Origin: Eledone cirrhosa
Lineage: Eukaryota
Assembly: GCA_964016885.1 (NCBI GenBank)
Contig: OZ024763.1
Coordinates: 22,258,001-22,322,000 of the forward strand
Reading direction: 5' to 3'
DNA length: 64,000 nucleotides
The notes below the pieces were generated by a model. The model searched no databases, was not told where the DNA came from, and was given only the letters and a program-made list of their open reading frames with translations. Positions 51,435-64,000 of this stretch are shown here, piece after piece. Position numbers and translations under genes: made by a program. Position 1 is the first letter of the stretch. Every line of letters starts with the position of its first letter.

Positions 51435-51848
51435 AGTAATAGAGAAGACCTGCCTTACCTAAATACATAGTAAAACCTACTACAGTCAGTAGGCATCTCT
51501 AACAAAATACACCCTGCCCCACCACCCCCACCCCATCCACACCGCCCCCTTCTATGTAAAGTTGTGTTGGTGCCACACTATCCAGGCCGAAACAAATGAG
51601 ATCGTGTAGGTGTCACGACAAAAAACACACAGTCCACGCTGTAATGTGGCCGTGTAGGCAAGACGGTAAAAACGTCCCAGTCCCACACTGTAAATGTGGT
51701 TGGTGTTAGGAAGGGCATCCAACTGTAGAAAACCTGCCAGACAGTCCTATGCGAGCAAGACAATCACTCTTGCCTCAAGTGGGAAAACCCCCCGTCCAAA
51801 CCCATGCAAGCGTGGAACACGGACGTTAAACGTTGATGATGATGATGA
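51435..51848 (+). mobile_element. RTE LINE 3' UTR fragment
   Basis: Matches 50200-50730 and ends gacgttaaacgttgatgatgat. Confidence 0.85.
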
Positions 51849-51925
51849 CTATACACATGCACACACACAGACACATATTTTTACATAAAGACATGTACAC
51901 ATATAGATGTATACATACACACATA

Positions 51926-52240
51926 TGGAGGCACATGGCTTAGTGGTTAGAGCATTGGCCTTGCAATCGAAAGGTTGTGAGTTCAATTCTCAGACCAGGT
52001 GATGTGATGTTTCCTTGAGCAAGACACTTTATTTCAGTGCTCCAGTTTATTCAGCTGTAGAAATGAGATGATAGGGATTCCACTGCAAAGTGGTCGTGGA
52101 GGTGCCACGGCAAAAAAAGCACCCAGCACTCAATGTAAATGAGGTTGGTTTTAGGAAGGGCATCCAGCTGTAGAAATCAAGCCAGAATCAGTTCCCGCCC
52201 CACCCTTGCAAGCAGGGAAAAGCGGACGTAAAATGATAAT
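51926..52240 (+). mobile_element. CORE-like SINE with RTE-type tail
   Basis: ggaggcacatggcttagtgg head, with the same body and tail as the 21435 element. Confidence 0.85.
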
Positions 52241-52566
52241 ATATATATATATGTATATGTATTGTTATACTTGGGGAGGGTCATATTGTTGTAATAATAT
52301 TGCCAGAAATAATAACAGAACACACTCACTCATAAGGTTGGTTTTCGCTTTTGTATCTTTTATATCTCCATCGTTAATTTATTTGTTAATCAATGTTTAT
52401 CATTGATTGACCAACGGTTAATGTTCCCTCCTATTGTATTGTAATGTTTACGCCATTTTGAAAAATGGCGTAAACATTACAATGCAATAGGAAGGAACAT
52501 AATAGTACCACTGATGATGTCGCAGATGTGCAACAAAAGAACTTTGTTTGACTCTATATATATATA

Positions 52567-53030
52567 TGTAGCAAGAGTTGCCTCCCTTGTCATGACAATC
52601 TCATCACCGCTCTCTAGACAGGAAGTAGCTGAAGTTGCTTCCCTTTGGGGGTGATAGAACCCTGTTGGTCACTTCCGGTCGGACCCTATAAAAGGAACAG
52701 GTTAGGACGATCTCCCTCTCTCGCCTCCTGAATCCCAAAGTGGTAACAACACCTGCGACCTTATCATAAGATGACTCCTCTCTCATTTTCCTTTGCCACT
52801 CAAGAAGAATGCCACCGGCAGCCTAAGAACCTAAGAAGATGTTAACACCTCCAAGAGAAGATCTCTGTTCTTCTCCACACACTTCAGCCTAGGAGTTGTG
52901 ATCCACGGGTAATTATTCATTTATATTAATCCCTTTGACTTCTGTGAAGTAAAAACATTGTCACAACACACACCGACATTTATTGTCTTTTCTAATAATT
53001 TTATATGTACACCTATACTAATCTCCTAAA
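52567..53030 (+). mobile_element. Probable solo LTR inserted in (TA)n
   Basis: A ~460-bp GC-richer island starting TGTAG, with TATAAAA near 52687 and an agtaaa/polyA-like signal near 52948. It is flanked by TA runs, and the 3' CA terminus is degenerate. Confidence 0.5.
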
Positions 53031-53539
53031 TATATATATATCTGAGACCTTCCAACAGAAATGGTCGCATTCTTTAAGGGTATGTCAATATTTATTTATA
53101 AAACTGATCTATATTATATTTTATCTGATGAAAGCGTACCATAATTTGACTTGGTGTCCTTGAAATATGTATAATGAAATAAATATGGTTTTATAAATAT
53201 AGTTTCCATTTGTTAATATATCGTATATATATATATATATATATATCTGTATTTTTAACTGTTGCTCAATCAATGATAAACATGCACACATATACACAGA
53301 CATGGCTAAATACATATACACACACGCAGACATGCACATATATACACAGACAGACAAAGACTTATAAACACACACACATACATACACATATACACAGGCA
53401 CACACACACACACACACAGAGATACGCAGACTGACATTGACATATAAACACACACACAGACATGCAAATATACACAGGCATACATATACACACACTGAGA
53501 CATGCACACATATACACACACAGATACACAAACCTATAC

Positions 53540-56500
53540 ATATACAGACATATTACCACACACACCTACCACCAGACAACACATATACACACACACACAG
53601 ACATATTACCACACACACCTACCACCAGACAACACATATACACACACACACACAGACATATTACCACATACACCTACCACCAGACAACACATATACACAC
53701 ACACACAGACATATTACCACACACACCTACCACCAGACAACACATATACACACACACACAGACATATTACCACACATACCTACCACCAGACAACAAATAC
53801 ACACACACACACGGACATATTACCACATACACCTACCACCAGACAACACATATACACACACACACAGACATATTACTACACACACCTACCACCAGACAAC
53901 ACATATACACACACACACACAGACATATTACCACATACACCTACCACCAGACAACACATATACACACACACACACAGACATTACCACACACACCTACCAC
54001 CAGACAACACATATACACACACACACAGACATATTACCACACATACCTACCACCAGACAACAAATACACACACACACAGACATATTACCACATACACCTA
54101 CCACCAGACAACACATATACACACACACACAGACATATTACCACACACACCTACCACCAGACAACACATATACACACACACACAGACATATTACCACACA
54201 CACCTACTACCAGACAACACATATACACACACACACAGACATATTACCACACACACCTACCACCAGACATCACATATACACACACACACAGACATATTAC
54301 CACATACACCTACCACCAGACAACACATATACACACACACACAAACATATTACCACACACACCTACCACCAGACATCACATATACACACATACACAGACA
54401 TTACCACACACACCTACCACGAGACAACACATATACACACACACACAAACATATTACTACACACACCTACCACCAGACAACACATATACACACACACACA
54501 GACATTACCACACACACCTACCACCAGACAACACATATACACACACACACAGACATATTACCACACACATCTACCACCAGACAACACATATACACACACA
54601 CACAGACATTACCACACACACCTACCACCAGACAACACATACACACACACACACACAGACATATTACCACACACACCTACCACCAGACAACACATACACA
54701 CACACACACACAGACATATTACCACATACACCTACCACCAGACAACACATATACACACACACACAGACATATTACCACACACACCTACCACCAGACAACA
54801 CATATACACACACACACAGACATATTACTACACACACCTACCACCAGACAACACATATACACACACACACAGACATTACAACACACACCTACCACCAGAC
54901 AACACATACACACACACACACAGACATATTACCACACACACCTACCACCAGACAACACATATACACATACACACAGACATATTACCACACACACCTACCA
55001 CCAGGTAACACATATACACACACACACAGACATATTACCACACACACCTACCACCAGACAACACATACACACACACAGACATATTACCACACACACCTAC
55101 CACCAGACAACACATATACACACACACACAGACATTACCACACACACCTACCACCAGACAACACATACACACACAGACATATTACCACACACACCTACCA
55201 CCAGACAACACATACACACACACACAGACATATTACCACACACACCTACCACCAGACAACACATACACACACACACAGACATATTACCACACACACCTAC
55301 CACCAGACAACACATACACACACACAGACATATTACCACACACACCTACCACCAGACAACACATATACACACACACACAGACATTACCACACACACCTAC
55401 TACCATACAACACATACACACACACACAGACCTATTACCACACACAGCTACCACCAGACAACACATATACACACACACACAGACATTACCACATACACCT
55501 ACCACCAGACAACACATATACACACACACACAGACATATTACCACACACACCTACCACCAGACAACATATACACACACACACAGACATATTACCACACAC
55601 ACCTACCACCAGACAACACATATACACACACCCACAGACATATTACCACACACACCTACCACCTGACAACACATATACACACACACACACAGACATATTA
55701 CCACATACACCTACCACCAGACAACACATACACACACACACACAGACATATTACCACACACACCTACCACCAGACATCACATATACACACATACACACAG
55801 ACATATTACCACACACACCTACCACCAGACAACACATACACACACACACACAGACATATTACCACACACACCTACCACCAGACAACACATATACACACAC
55901 CCACAGACATTACCACACACACCTACCACCAGGTAACACATATACACACACACACAGACATATTACCACATACACCTACCACCAGACAACACATACACAC
56001 ACACACACAGACATATTACCACACACACCTACCACCAGACAACACATATACACACAGACATATTACCACACACACCTACCACCAGACAACACATATACAC
56101 ACACCCACAGACATTACCACACACACCTACCACCAGGTAACACATATACACACACACACAGACATATTACCACATACACCTACCACCAGACAACACATAC
56201 ACACACACACACAGACATATTACCACACACACCTACCACCAGACAACACATATACACACAGACATATTACCACACACACCTACCACCAGACAACACATAT
56301 ACACACACCCACAGACATTACCACACACACCTACCACCAGGTAACACATATACACACACACACAGACATATTACCACACACACCTACCACCAGACAACAC
56401 ATACACACACACACACACACAGACATATTACGACACACACCTACCACCAGACAACACATATACACACACACACAGACATATTACCACACACACCTACCAC

Positions 56501-59500
56501 CTGACAACACATATACACACACACACACATAGACATATTACCACATAAACCTACCACCAGACAACACATACACACACACACACAGACATATTACGACACA
56601 CACCTACCACCAGACAACACATATACACACACACGCAGACATTACCACACACACCTACCACCAGACAACACATATACACACACACGCAGACATTACCACA
56701 CACACCTAGCACCAGACAACACATATACACACACACACACAGACATATTACCACACACCTACCACCAGGTAACACATATACACACACACACAGACATTAC
56801 CACACACACCTACCACCAGACGACACATACACACACACACACAGACATTACCACACACACCTACCACCAGACAACACATACACACATACACACAGACATA
56901 TTACCACACACACCTACCACCAGACAACACATACACACACACACACACAGACATATTACCACACACACCTACCACCAGACAACACATACACACACACACA
57001 CAGACATATTACCACACACACACCTACCACCAGGTAACACATATACACACACACACAGACATTACCACACACACCTACCACCAGACAACACATATACACA
57101 CACACACAGACATATTACCACACACACCTACCACCAGACAACACATATACACACACACACAGACATTACCACACACACCTACCACCAGACAACACATATA
57201 CACACATACACAGACATTACCACACACACCTACCACCAGACAACACATACACACACACACACACAGACATATTACCACACACACCTACCACCAGACAACA
57301 CATATACACACACAGACATTACCACACACACCTACCACCAGACAACACATATACACACACACACACAGACATTACCACACACACCTACCACCAGACAACA
57401 CATATACACACACAGACATTACCACACACACCTACCACCAGGTAACACATACACACACACACACAGACATTACCACACACACCTACCACCAGACAACACA
57501 TATACACACATACACAGACATTACCACACACACCTACCACCAGACAACACATACACACACACACACACAGACATATTACCACACACACCTACCACCAGAC
57601 AACACATATACACACACAGACATTACCACACACACCTACCACCAGGTAACACATATACACACACACAGACATTACCACACACACCTACCACCAGACAACA
57701 CATACACACACACACACAGACATTACCACACACACCTACCACCAGACAACACATACACACACACACAGACATATTACCACACACACCTACCACCAGACAA
57801 CACATATACACACACAGACATTACCACACACGCCTACCACCAGACAACACATATACACACACACACAGACATTACCACACACACCTACCACCAGGTAACA
57901 CATATACACACACACACAGACATTACCACACACCAACCACCAGACAACACATACACACACACACAGACATTACCACACACACCTACCACCAGACAACACA
58001 TACACACACACACACAGACATATTACCACACACACCTACCACCAGACAACACATACACACACACACACAGACATATTACCACACACACCTACCACCAGAC
58101 AACACATATACACACACACGCAGACATTACCACACACACCTACCACCAGACAACACATATACACACACACGCAGACATTACCACACACACCTACCACCAG
58201 ACAACACATATACACACACACGCAGACATTACCACACACACCTACCACCAGACAACACATATACACACACACGCAGACATTACCACACACACCTACCACC
58301 AGACAACACATATACACACACACACAGACATTACCACACACACCTACCACCAGACAACACATATACACACACACGCAGACATTACCACACACACCTACCA
58401 CCAGACAACACATACACACACACACACAGACATATTACCACACACACCTACCACCAGACAACACATATACACACACACGCAGACATTACCACACACACCT
58501 ACCACCAGACAACACATATACACACACACGCAGACATTACCACACACACCTACCACCAGACAACACATATACACACACACGCAGACATTACCACACACAC
58601 CTACCACCAGACAACACATATACACACACACGCAGACATTACCACACACACCTACCACCAGACAACACATATACACACACACACAGACATTACCACACAC
58701 ACCTACCACCAGACAACACATATACACACACACGCAGACATTACCACACACACCTACCACCAGACAACACATATACACACACACACGCAGACATTACCAC
58801 ACACACCTACCACCAGACAACACATATACACACACACGCAGACATTACCACACACACCTACCACCAGACAACACATATACACACACACACAGACATATTA
58901 CCACACACCTACCACCAGACAACACATATACACACACACATAGACATATTACCACACACCTACCACCAGACAACACATATACACACACACACAGACATAT
59001 TACCACACACACCTACCACCAGACAACACATATACACACACACACAGACATTACCACACACACCTACCACCAGGTAACACATATACACACACACGCAGAC
59101 ATTACCACACACATCTACCACCAGACAACACATATACACACACACGCAGACATTACCACACACACCTACCACCAGACAACACATATACACACACACGCAG
59201 ACATTACCACACACACCTACCACCAGACAACACATATACACACACACACAGACATTACCACACACACCTACCACCAGACAACACATATACACACACACGC
59301 AGACATTACCACACACACCTACCACCAGACAACACATATACACACACACACAGACATATTGCCACACACCTACCACCAGACAACACATATACACACACAC
59401 ACAGACATATTACCACACACACCTACCACCAGACAACACATATACACACACACGCAGACATTACCACACACACCTACCACCAGACAACACATATACACAC

Positions 59501-60262
59501 ACACGCAGACATTACCACACACACCTACCACCAGACAACACATATACACACACACACAGACATATTACCACACACCTACCACCAGACAACACATATACAC
59601 ACACACATAGACATATTACCACACACCTACCACCAGACAACACATATACACACACACACAGACATATTACCACACACACCTACCACCAGACAACACATAT
59701 ACACACACACACAGACATTACCACACACACCTACCACCAGACAACACATATACACACACACGCAGACATTACCACACACACCTACCACCAGACAACACAT
59801 ATACACACACACGCAGACATTACCACACACACCTACCACCAGACAACACATATACACACACACGCAGACATTACCACACACACCTACCACCAGACAACAC
59901 ATATACACACACACACAGACATTACCACACACACCTACCACCAGGTAACACATATACACACACACGCAGACATTACCACACACACCTACCACCAGACAAC
60001 ACATATACACACACACACAGACATATTACCACACACCTACCACCAGACAACACATATACACACACACACAGACATATTACCACACACACCTACCACCAGA
60101 CAACACATATACACACACACGCAGACATTACCACACACACCTACCACCAGACAACACATATACACACACACACAGACATATTACCACACACCTACCACCA
60201 GACAACACATATACACACACGCAGACATTACCACACACACCTACCACCAGGTAACACACACC
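53540..60262. repeat. 6.7-kb minisatellite, ~46-54-bp unit with variable (CA)n
   Basis: Unit cagacatattaccacacacacctaccaccagacaacacatat(ac)n. Confidence 0.98.
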
Positions 60263-60427
60263 TTCAACTTATGTAAGTAACACAGTGAGTATTTTGTTGT
60301 TGTTGTTGTTTTCTTCTCTCAAATATAGAAAAGATGTCTCAGGTGTGGTTCGTTAGTTTTATAAAGCTTTGTTTCTTTCATTGTTTTCTTATTTCTTACA
60401 GAAACCATTATTACTAGTTTTCTCTGA

Positions 60428-60887
60428 GTTTTCTTCTTCTTCATCTTCTTCTTCTTTTTTGCCTTCTCCTTCTTCTTTGCCTTCTTCTTCTTCTTCTTCT
60501 TTGCCTTTTTCTTCTTCTTTGACTTCTTCTTCTTTGACTTCTTCTTTGCCTTTTTCTTCTTCTTTGACTTCTTCTTCTTTGCCTTCTTCTTCTTCTTTGA
60601 CTTCTTCTTCTTCTTCTTCTTTGCCTTCTTCTTCTTCTTTGACTTCTTTGCCTTCTTCTTCTTCTTCTTCTTCTTTGCCTTCTTCTTCTTCTTCTTTGAC
60701 TTCTTCTTCTTCTTCTTCTTTGCCTTCTTCTTCTTCTTTGACTTCTTTGCCTTCTTCTTCTTCTTCTTCTTTGCCTTTTTCTTCTTCTTTGACTTCTTCT
60801 TCTTTGACTTCTTCTTTGACTTCTTCTTTGCCTTCTTCTTCTTCGCCTTCTTCTTCTTCTTCTTCTTCACCTTCTTCTTCTTCTTTG

Positions 60888-60918
<31 letters not shown>

Positions 60919-60959
60919 CTTCTTCGCCTTCTTCTTCGCCTTCTTCTTCTTCTTCTTTG

Positions 60960-60990
<31 letters not shown>

Positions 60991-61243
60991 CTTTGCCTTT
61001 TTCTTCTTCTTTGACTTCTTCTTCTTTGACTTCTTCTTTGCCTTCTTTGCCTTCTTCTTCTTCTTCGCCTTCTTCTTCTTCACCTTCTTCTTCTTCACCT
61101 TCTTCACCTTCTTCTTCTTCTTCTTTGCCCTCTTCTTCTTCTTCTTCGCCTTCTTCTTATTATTATTTGCCTTCTTCTTCTTCTTCTTCTTCTTCTTCTT
61201 CTTCTTTGCCCTATTCTTCTTTGCCCTATTCTTCTTCTTCTTC
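60428..61243. repeat. Interrupted (CTT)n microsatellite
   Basis: TCT runs interrupted by ttgcc, ttgac and tcgcc. Confidence 0.95.
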
Positions 61244-61371
61244 TATGGCCGCAGGAGCAGTGTCCTCAAACACTCCTTCTTCCAGTGGGTATCCTGTCAT
61301 AAGCAACCATCTCCAACTGATCCGGCTGGATCTCCAAGCGAGACCAGCTAAGCTCAGTTACATCCCTTTAC

Positions 61372-62070
61372 GTTCCGATTTCAAATCCCACCAAGGTTAA
61401 CTTTGTCTTTCATCCTTACAGGATCGATAAAATAAAGTACCAGTAATACACTGGAGTTTATTTAATTGACTTTCTCTTCCCCTAAAGTTGTTGGTCTTGT
61501 GCCTAAATCAGAAACCATTTATGCCTCTTTACTTTCTGAGTTCAAATCCCACCGAGGTTAACTTTGCCTTTCATCCTTACGAGGTCGATAAAATAAAGTA
61601 CCAGTAATACACTGGGATAATTGCTGGCCCTGTGCCAAAAGTAGAAACCATTATTATGGCAGTATCGGTAGAGGGTCGGACGTCATGCTTTCCAGCATAG
61701 TTACGTCCCTTTATGATCTGAGTTCAAATCTTGCCAAGGTTGACTTTGCCTTTCATCCTTACGGGGGTCGATAAAATAAAGTACCAGTAATGCACTGGGT
61801 AATTGCTGGCCTTGTGCCTAAAGTAGAAACAATTATTATTATTATTATTATTGGATTGCTAGTATCGGCAGAGCATCAGACAATTATATGCTTTGGCATA
61901 TAGTTATGACCCTTTACATTTTCAGTTCAAATCCTGTCGAGGTTAGCTTTGCCTTTCATCCTTACGGTATCGATAAAATAAAGTACCAGTAATGCACTGG
62001 GGTTGATTTAATCGACTTTCCCCTCCCCCACAATTGCTGGCCTTGTGCCTAAATCAGAAATCATTATTAT
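61372..62070 (+). mobile_element. Tandem cluster of four copies of a second SINE family
   Basis: B box gagttcaaatcc and body gaggttaactttgcctttcatccttacggggtcgataaaataaagtaccagtaa...gtgccaaaagtagaaacaatt. Dispersed copies lie at about 12240 (-), 22725, 28070 (-), 32355, 37670-37990, 38550, 39640-40020 and 45715. Confidence 0.85.
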
Positions 62071-62666
62071 TGTTGTTTTGCCTTTTCGTCTCTTATTAAC
62101 ATTTCCACTTATGTGAAGTAAAACCATTGTTCTTACGTCTTGAGAATTTTTCTGTTGTACATGGGAATATTATCTTGGTAGTCCTTGGGCTTTCACTTGA
62201 AGACACCAGCTAATACAATATTGCTTCCATTGTTCACATAGAAGGATTGGCTTTTCTTTTGAGAACATGTCTACCAAGGGTGGAGTGATGCTAGAGCTGT
62301 GAAATCTTGCATGCATTAATTTCAACTTTTCTTATTAATAACTGCATTGTTTCTTTCCAGGGACTATGTTGAAAATATAAACCTCATTTGGTCGTTCCAT
62401 GAGAGTATCTTGGTCAGCTAATGAACTTGCTTTATTGCATGATATATATTTCTTTTACATGGTTATGCATGTGACTTCATCAGATGTTCATACAATCATA
62501 GGTGTAGTTATGCAATCATGGGGATATGTTGCTGGCATCACAACTGCATGGTATTACACATGCTCGCATATATTGACAGACATGAGAATGAGTACTCAAT
62601 ACCGAAGTAGATTTTAAATATTGTCTATTTAGGCTAAATGGTGTGTCTGGAGTTGTTACTCTAGAG

Positions 62667-62958
62667 CAGGTGTGTGTAACAGGTCACCTGCGGGCCAGTC
62701 AGAGTGGCCATTTTTTATTTTTACCTTGTAGGCTTATTTAGAAGTTTTTTCGTAACCGTAATAAAATGTTATATTAAATGACCTATACTAAAGGGCTTCA
62801 CTGATAGGGTTATGTGTGTTATAATTTCCCAGTTCCATGTTATGGGAAGAAGTTGTGGGGAATCTTTGGAATAGTGCTTAATAAATATTAATGGCGCTAA
62901 TAGTTGTTCAAAATGTTCAAGAATAGTTGTCCGCCAATGAATATGTTGCACACCCCTG
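62667..62958. mobile_element. hAT (Charlie-type) MITE, 292 bp
   Basis: TIRs CAGGTGTGTGTAAC and GTTGCACACCCCTG match at 12 of 14 positions. A perfect 8-bp TSD, CTCTAGAG, lies at 62659-62666 and 62959-62966. Confidence 0.9.
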
Positions 62959-62989
62959 CTCTAGAGTTTTAACTGTGTACTCACAGGTT

Positions 62990-63300
62990 CATCAGACAGG
63001 ACAAACTGAAGTACAATCTTAAGTCTGTCAACGTACCTTTTTCTTCGTTTGAAGCCATGGCTGCCAACCATAAAAGATGGAGAACCGTCTGCCACGAAAG
63101 TATAAAGAACTTTGAGAAATCTCGTTTAGCCCACCTCTGTGAGATAAGATCTGACACCAGATTCCGGTCAGGCATTCCAGCCTGTCTGTACAAGATCCTG
63201 TCACCTGCACCAGATGCAGATTGATGTGTAAATTGGCAGCTGGACTGAAATGTCATTTGAGGCATAAACATAAAACAATGAACTGAAAAGACTGTTGAAC
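62990..63300 (+). mobile_element. RTE-BovB-like LINE 3' end with C2H2 finger, frameshifted
   Basis: The + strand reads QDKLKYNLKSVNVPFSSFEAMAANHKRWRTVCHESIKNFEKSR, then CTRCRLMCKLAAGLKCHLRHKH in another frame. Confidence 0.75.
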
Positions 63301-63326
63301 CCTCATACGTCAAATCGACAGGAGAG

Positions 63327-63357
<31 letters not shown>

Positions 63358-63809
63358 TATATACATACCTACAGTATATATACAAAGAGGGGCGGCCTAC
63401 CAAAACACTTATCTGACTCCAATAAGAGCTTCGGCACGAGGCTCTAGGCACCTGAATGAAACATTTTACAATCTCAGACCTGTCAACTCTCCCCGTCCAA
63501 CGAGATCTCCCTCCCACCTTGGGGTGGAAGAGAGATGTCTTCTCTTGTGAAAAATGGGTATAGCTTTCATTATGTAAAATCTCCCCATTTTGCATCACTC
63601 CTCCACGTTTTGGGGCACCTTTTTTCATGGTACTCTCCATTTGGGTTTTAAGAGGTTGGCAGGTCTGGGTATGGTATCGTGTTGTATTGAAGCTTGGCAG
63701 TGAAAATTTGTATGACATGTCTCAATCTTCCATAAGTAACACATTGAATTCATTTTCTCTCGTTTTGTAAATACAAATGTACTTATATATATATATATAC
63801 ATATATATA

Positions 63810-64000
63810 TAGACCCAAGATGACTTGGGATGAGGTGATAAAAGCCGACCTTACCCAACTACACCTCTCAAAGTCAATGACACACGACCGTGACTTCTGG
63901 CGTCACGCAGTAATACAGGGTACCCGACCTCCCATGGGTACATGCTGAAGCATATAAACAATATGCCCCCCCCCCCCACCGCAAGGTGGCCGTGGAGGTG
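63810..64000 (+). mobile_element. RTE LINE 3' fragment (runs off the window)
   Basis: RPKMTWDEVIKADL...DRDFWRHAV. It matches the reverse complement of 32200-32330. Confidence 0.75.

Noticed and set aside
51926-52000. tRNA gene
   Set aside because: The A and B boxes run into a SINE body, and there is no clean cloverleaf or terminator. The same applies to the other copies.
53437-60016. Long His/Thr-rich and Cys/Val-rich ORFs
   Set aside because: The CA-rich minisatellite lacks stop codons by composition.
60319-61400. Lys-rich protamine/histone H1-like ORF (-) and Ser-rich ORF (+)
   Set aside because: Both are translations of an interrupted (CTT)n microsatellite, with no globular domain or gene context.
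62981-63718. 245-aa minus-strand ORF
   Set aside because: It spans the antisense of a LINE relic and a (CAT)n tract, with no recognisable domain. The 63385-63740 part remains unassigned.

Overview
Eukaryotic, AT-rich, extremely repeat-dense DNA. It is inferred to be coleoid cephalopod (octopus-like) from the SINE, LINE and microsatellite complement. Almost all long ORFs in the track are artefacts of micro- and minisatellites. One clear host gene is present: a stand-alone Schlafen/AlbA_2-domain protein on the + strand, with its CDS in a single exon (ATG 43050 to stop 43826), a canonical splice acceptor and a candidate non-coding upstream exon. A second, minus-strand spliced gene is suggested by a CCAAT/CRE promoter with a first exon near 31700 and by tiny phase-compatible exons hidden among the repeats (14180, 13050, 4307, 2099). 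The mobile DNA comprises: a decayed RTE-clade LINE with a PHD finger inside its RT-containing ORF, plus many truncated copies; RTE-BovB-like and CR1-like relics; two tRNA-SINE families; piggyBac-, hAT-, mariner- and pogo-type MITEs; a probable solo LTR; and several Penelope-type termini carrying type I hammerhead ribozyme motifs and long palindromes. Repeat boundaries were read by eye and are approximate (tens of bp) unless a TSD or splice site is cited.
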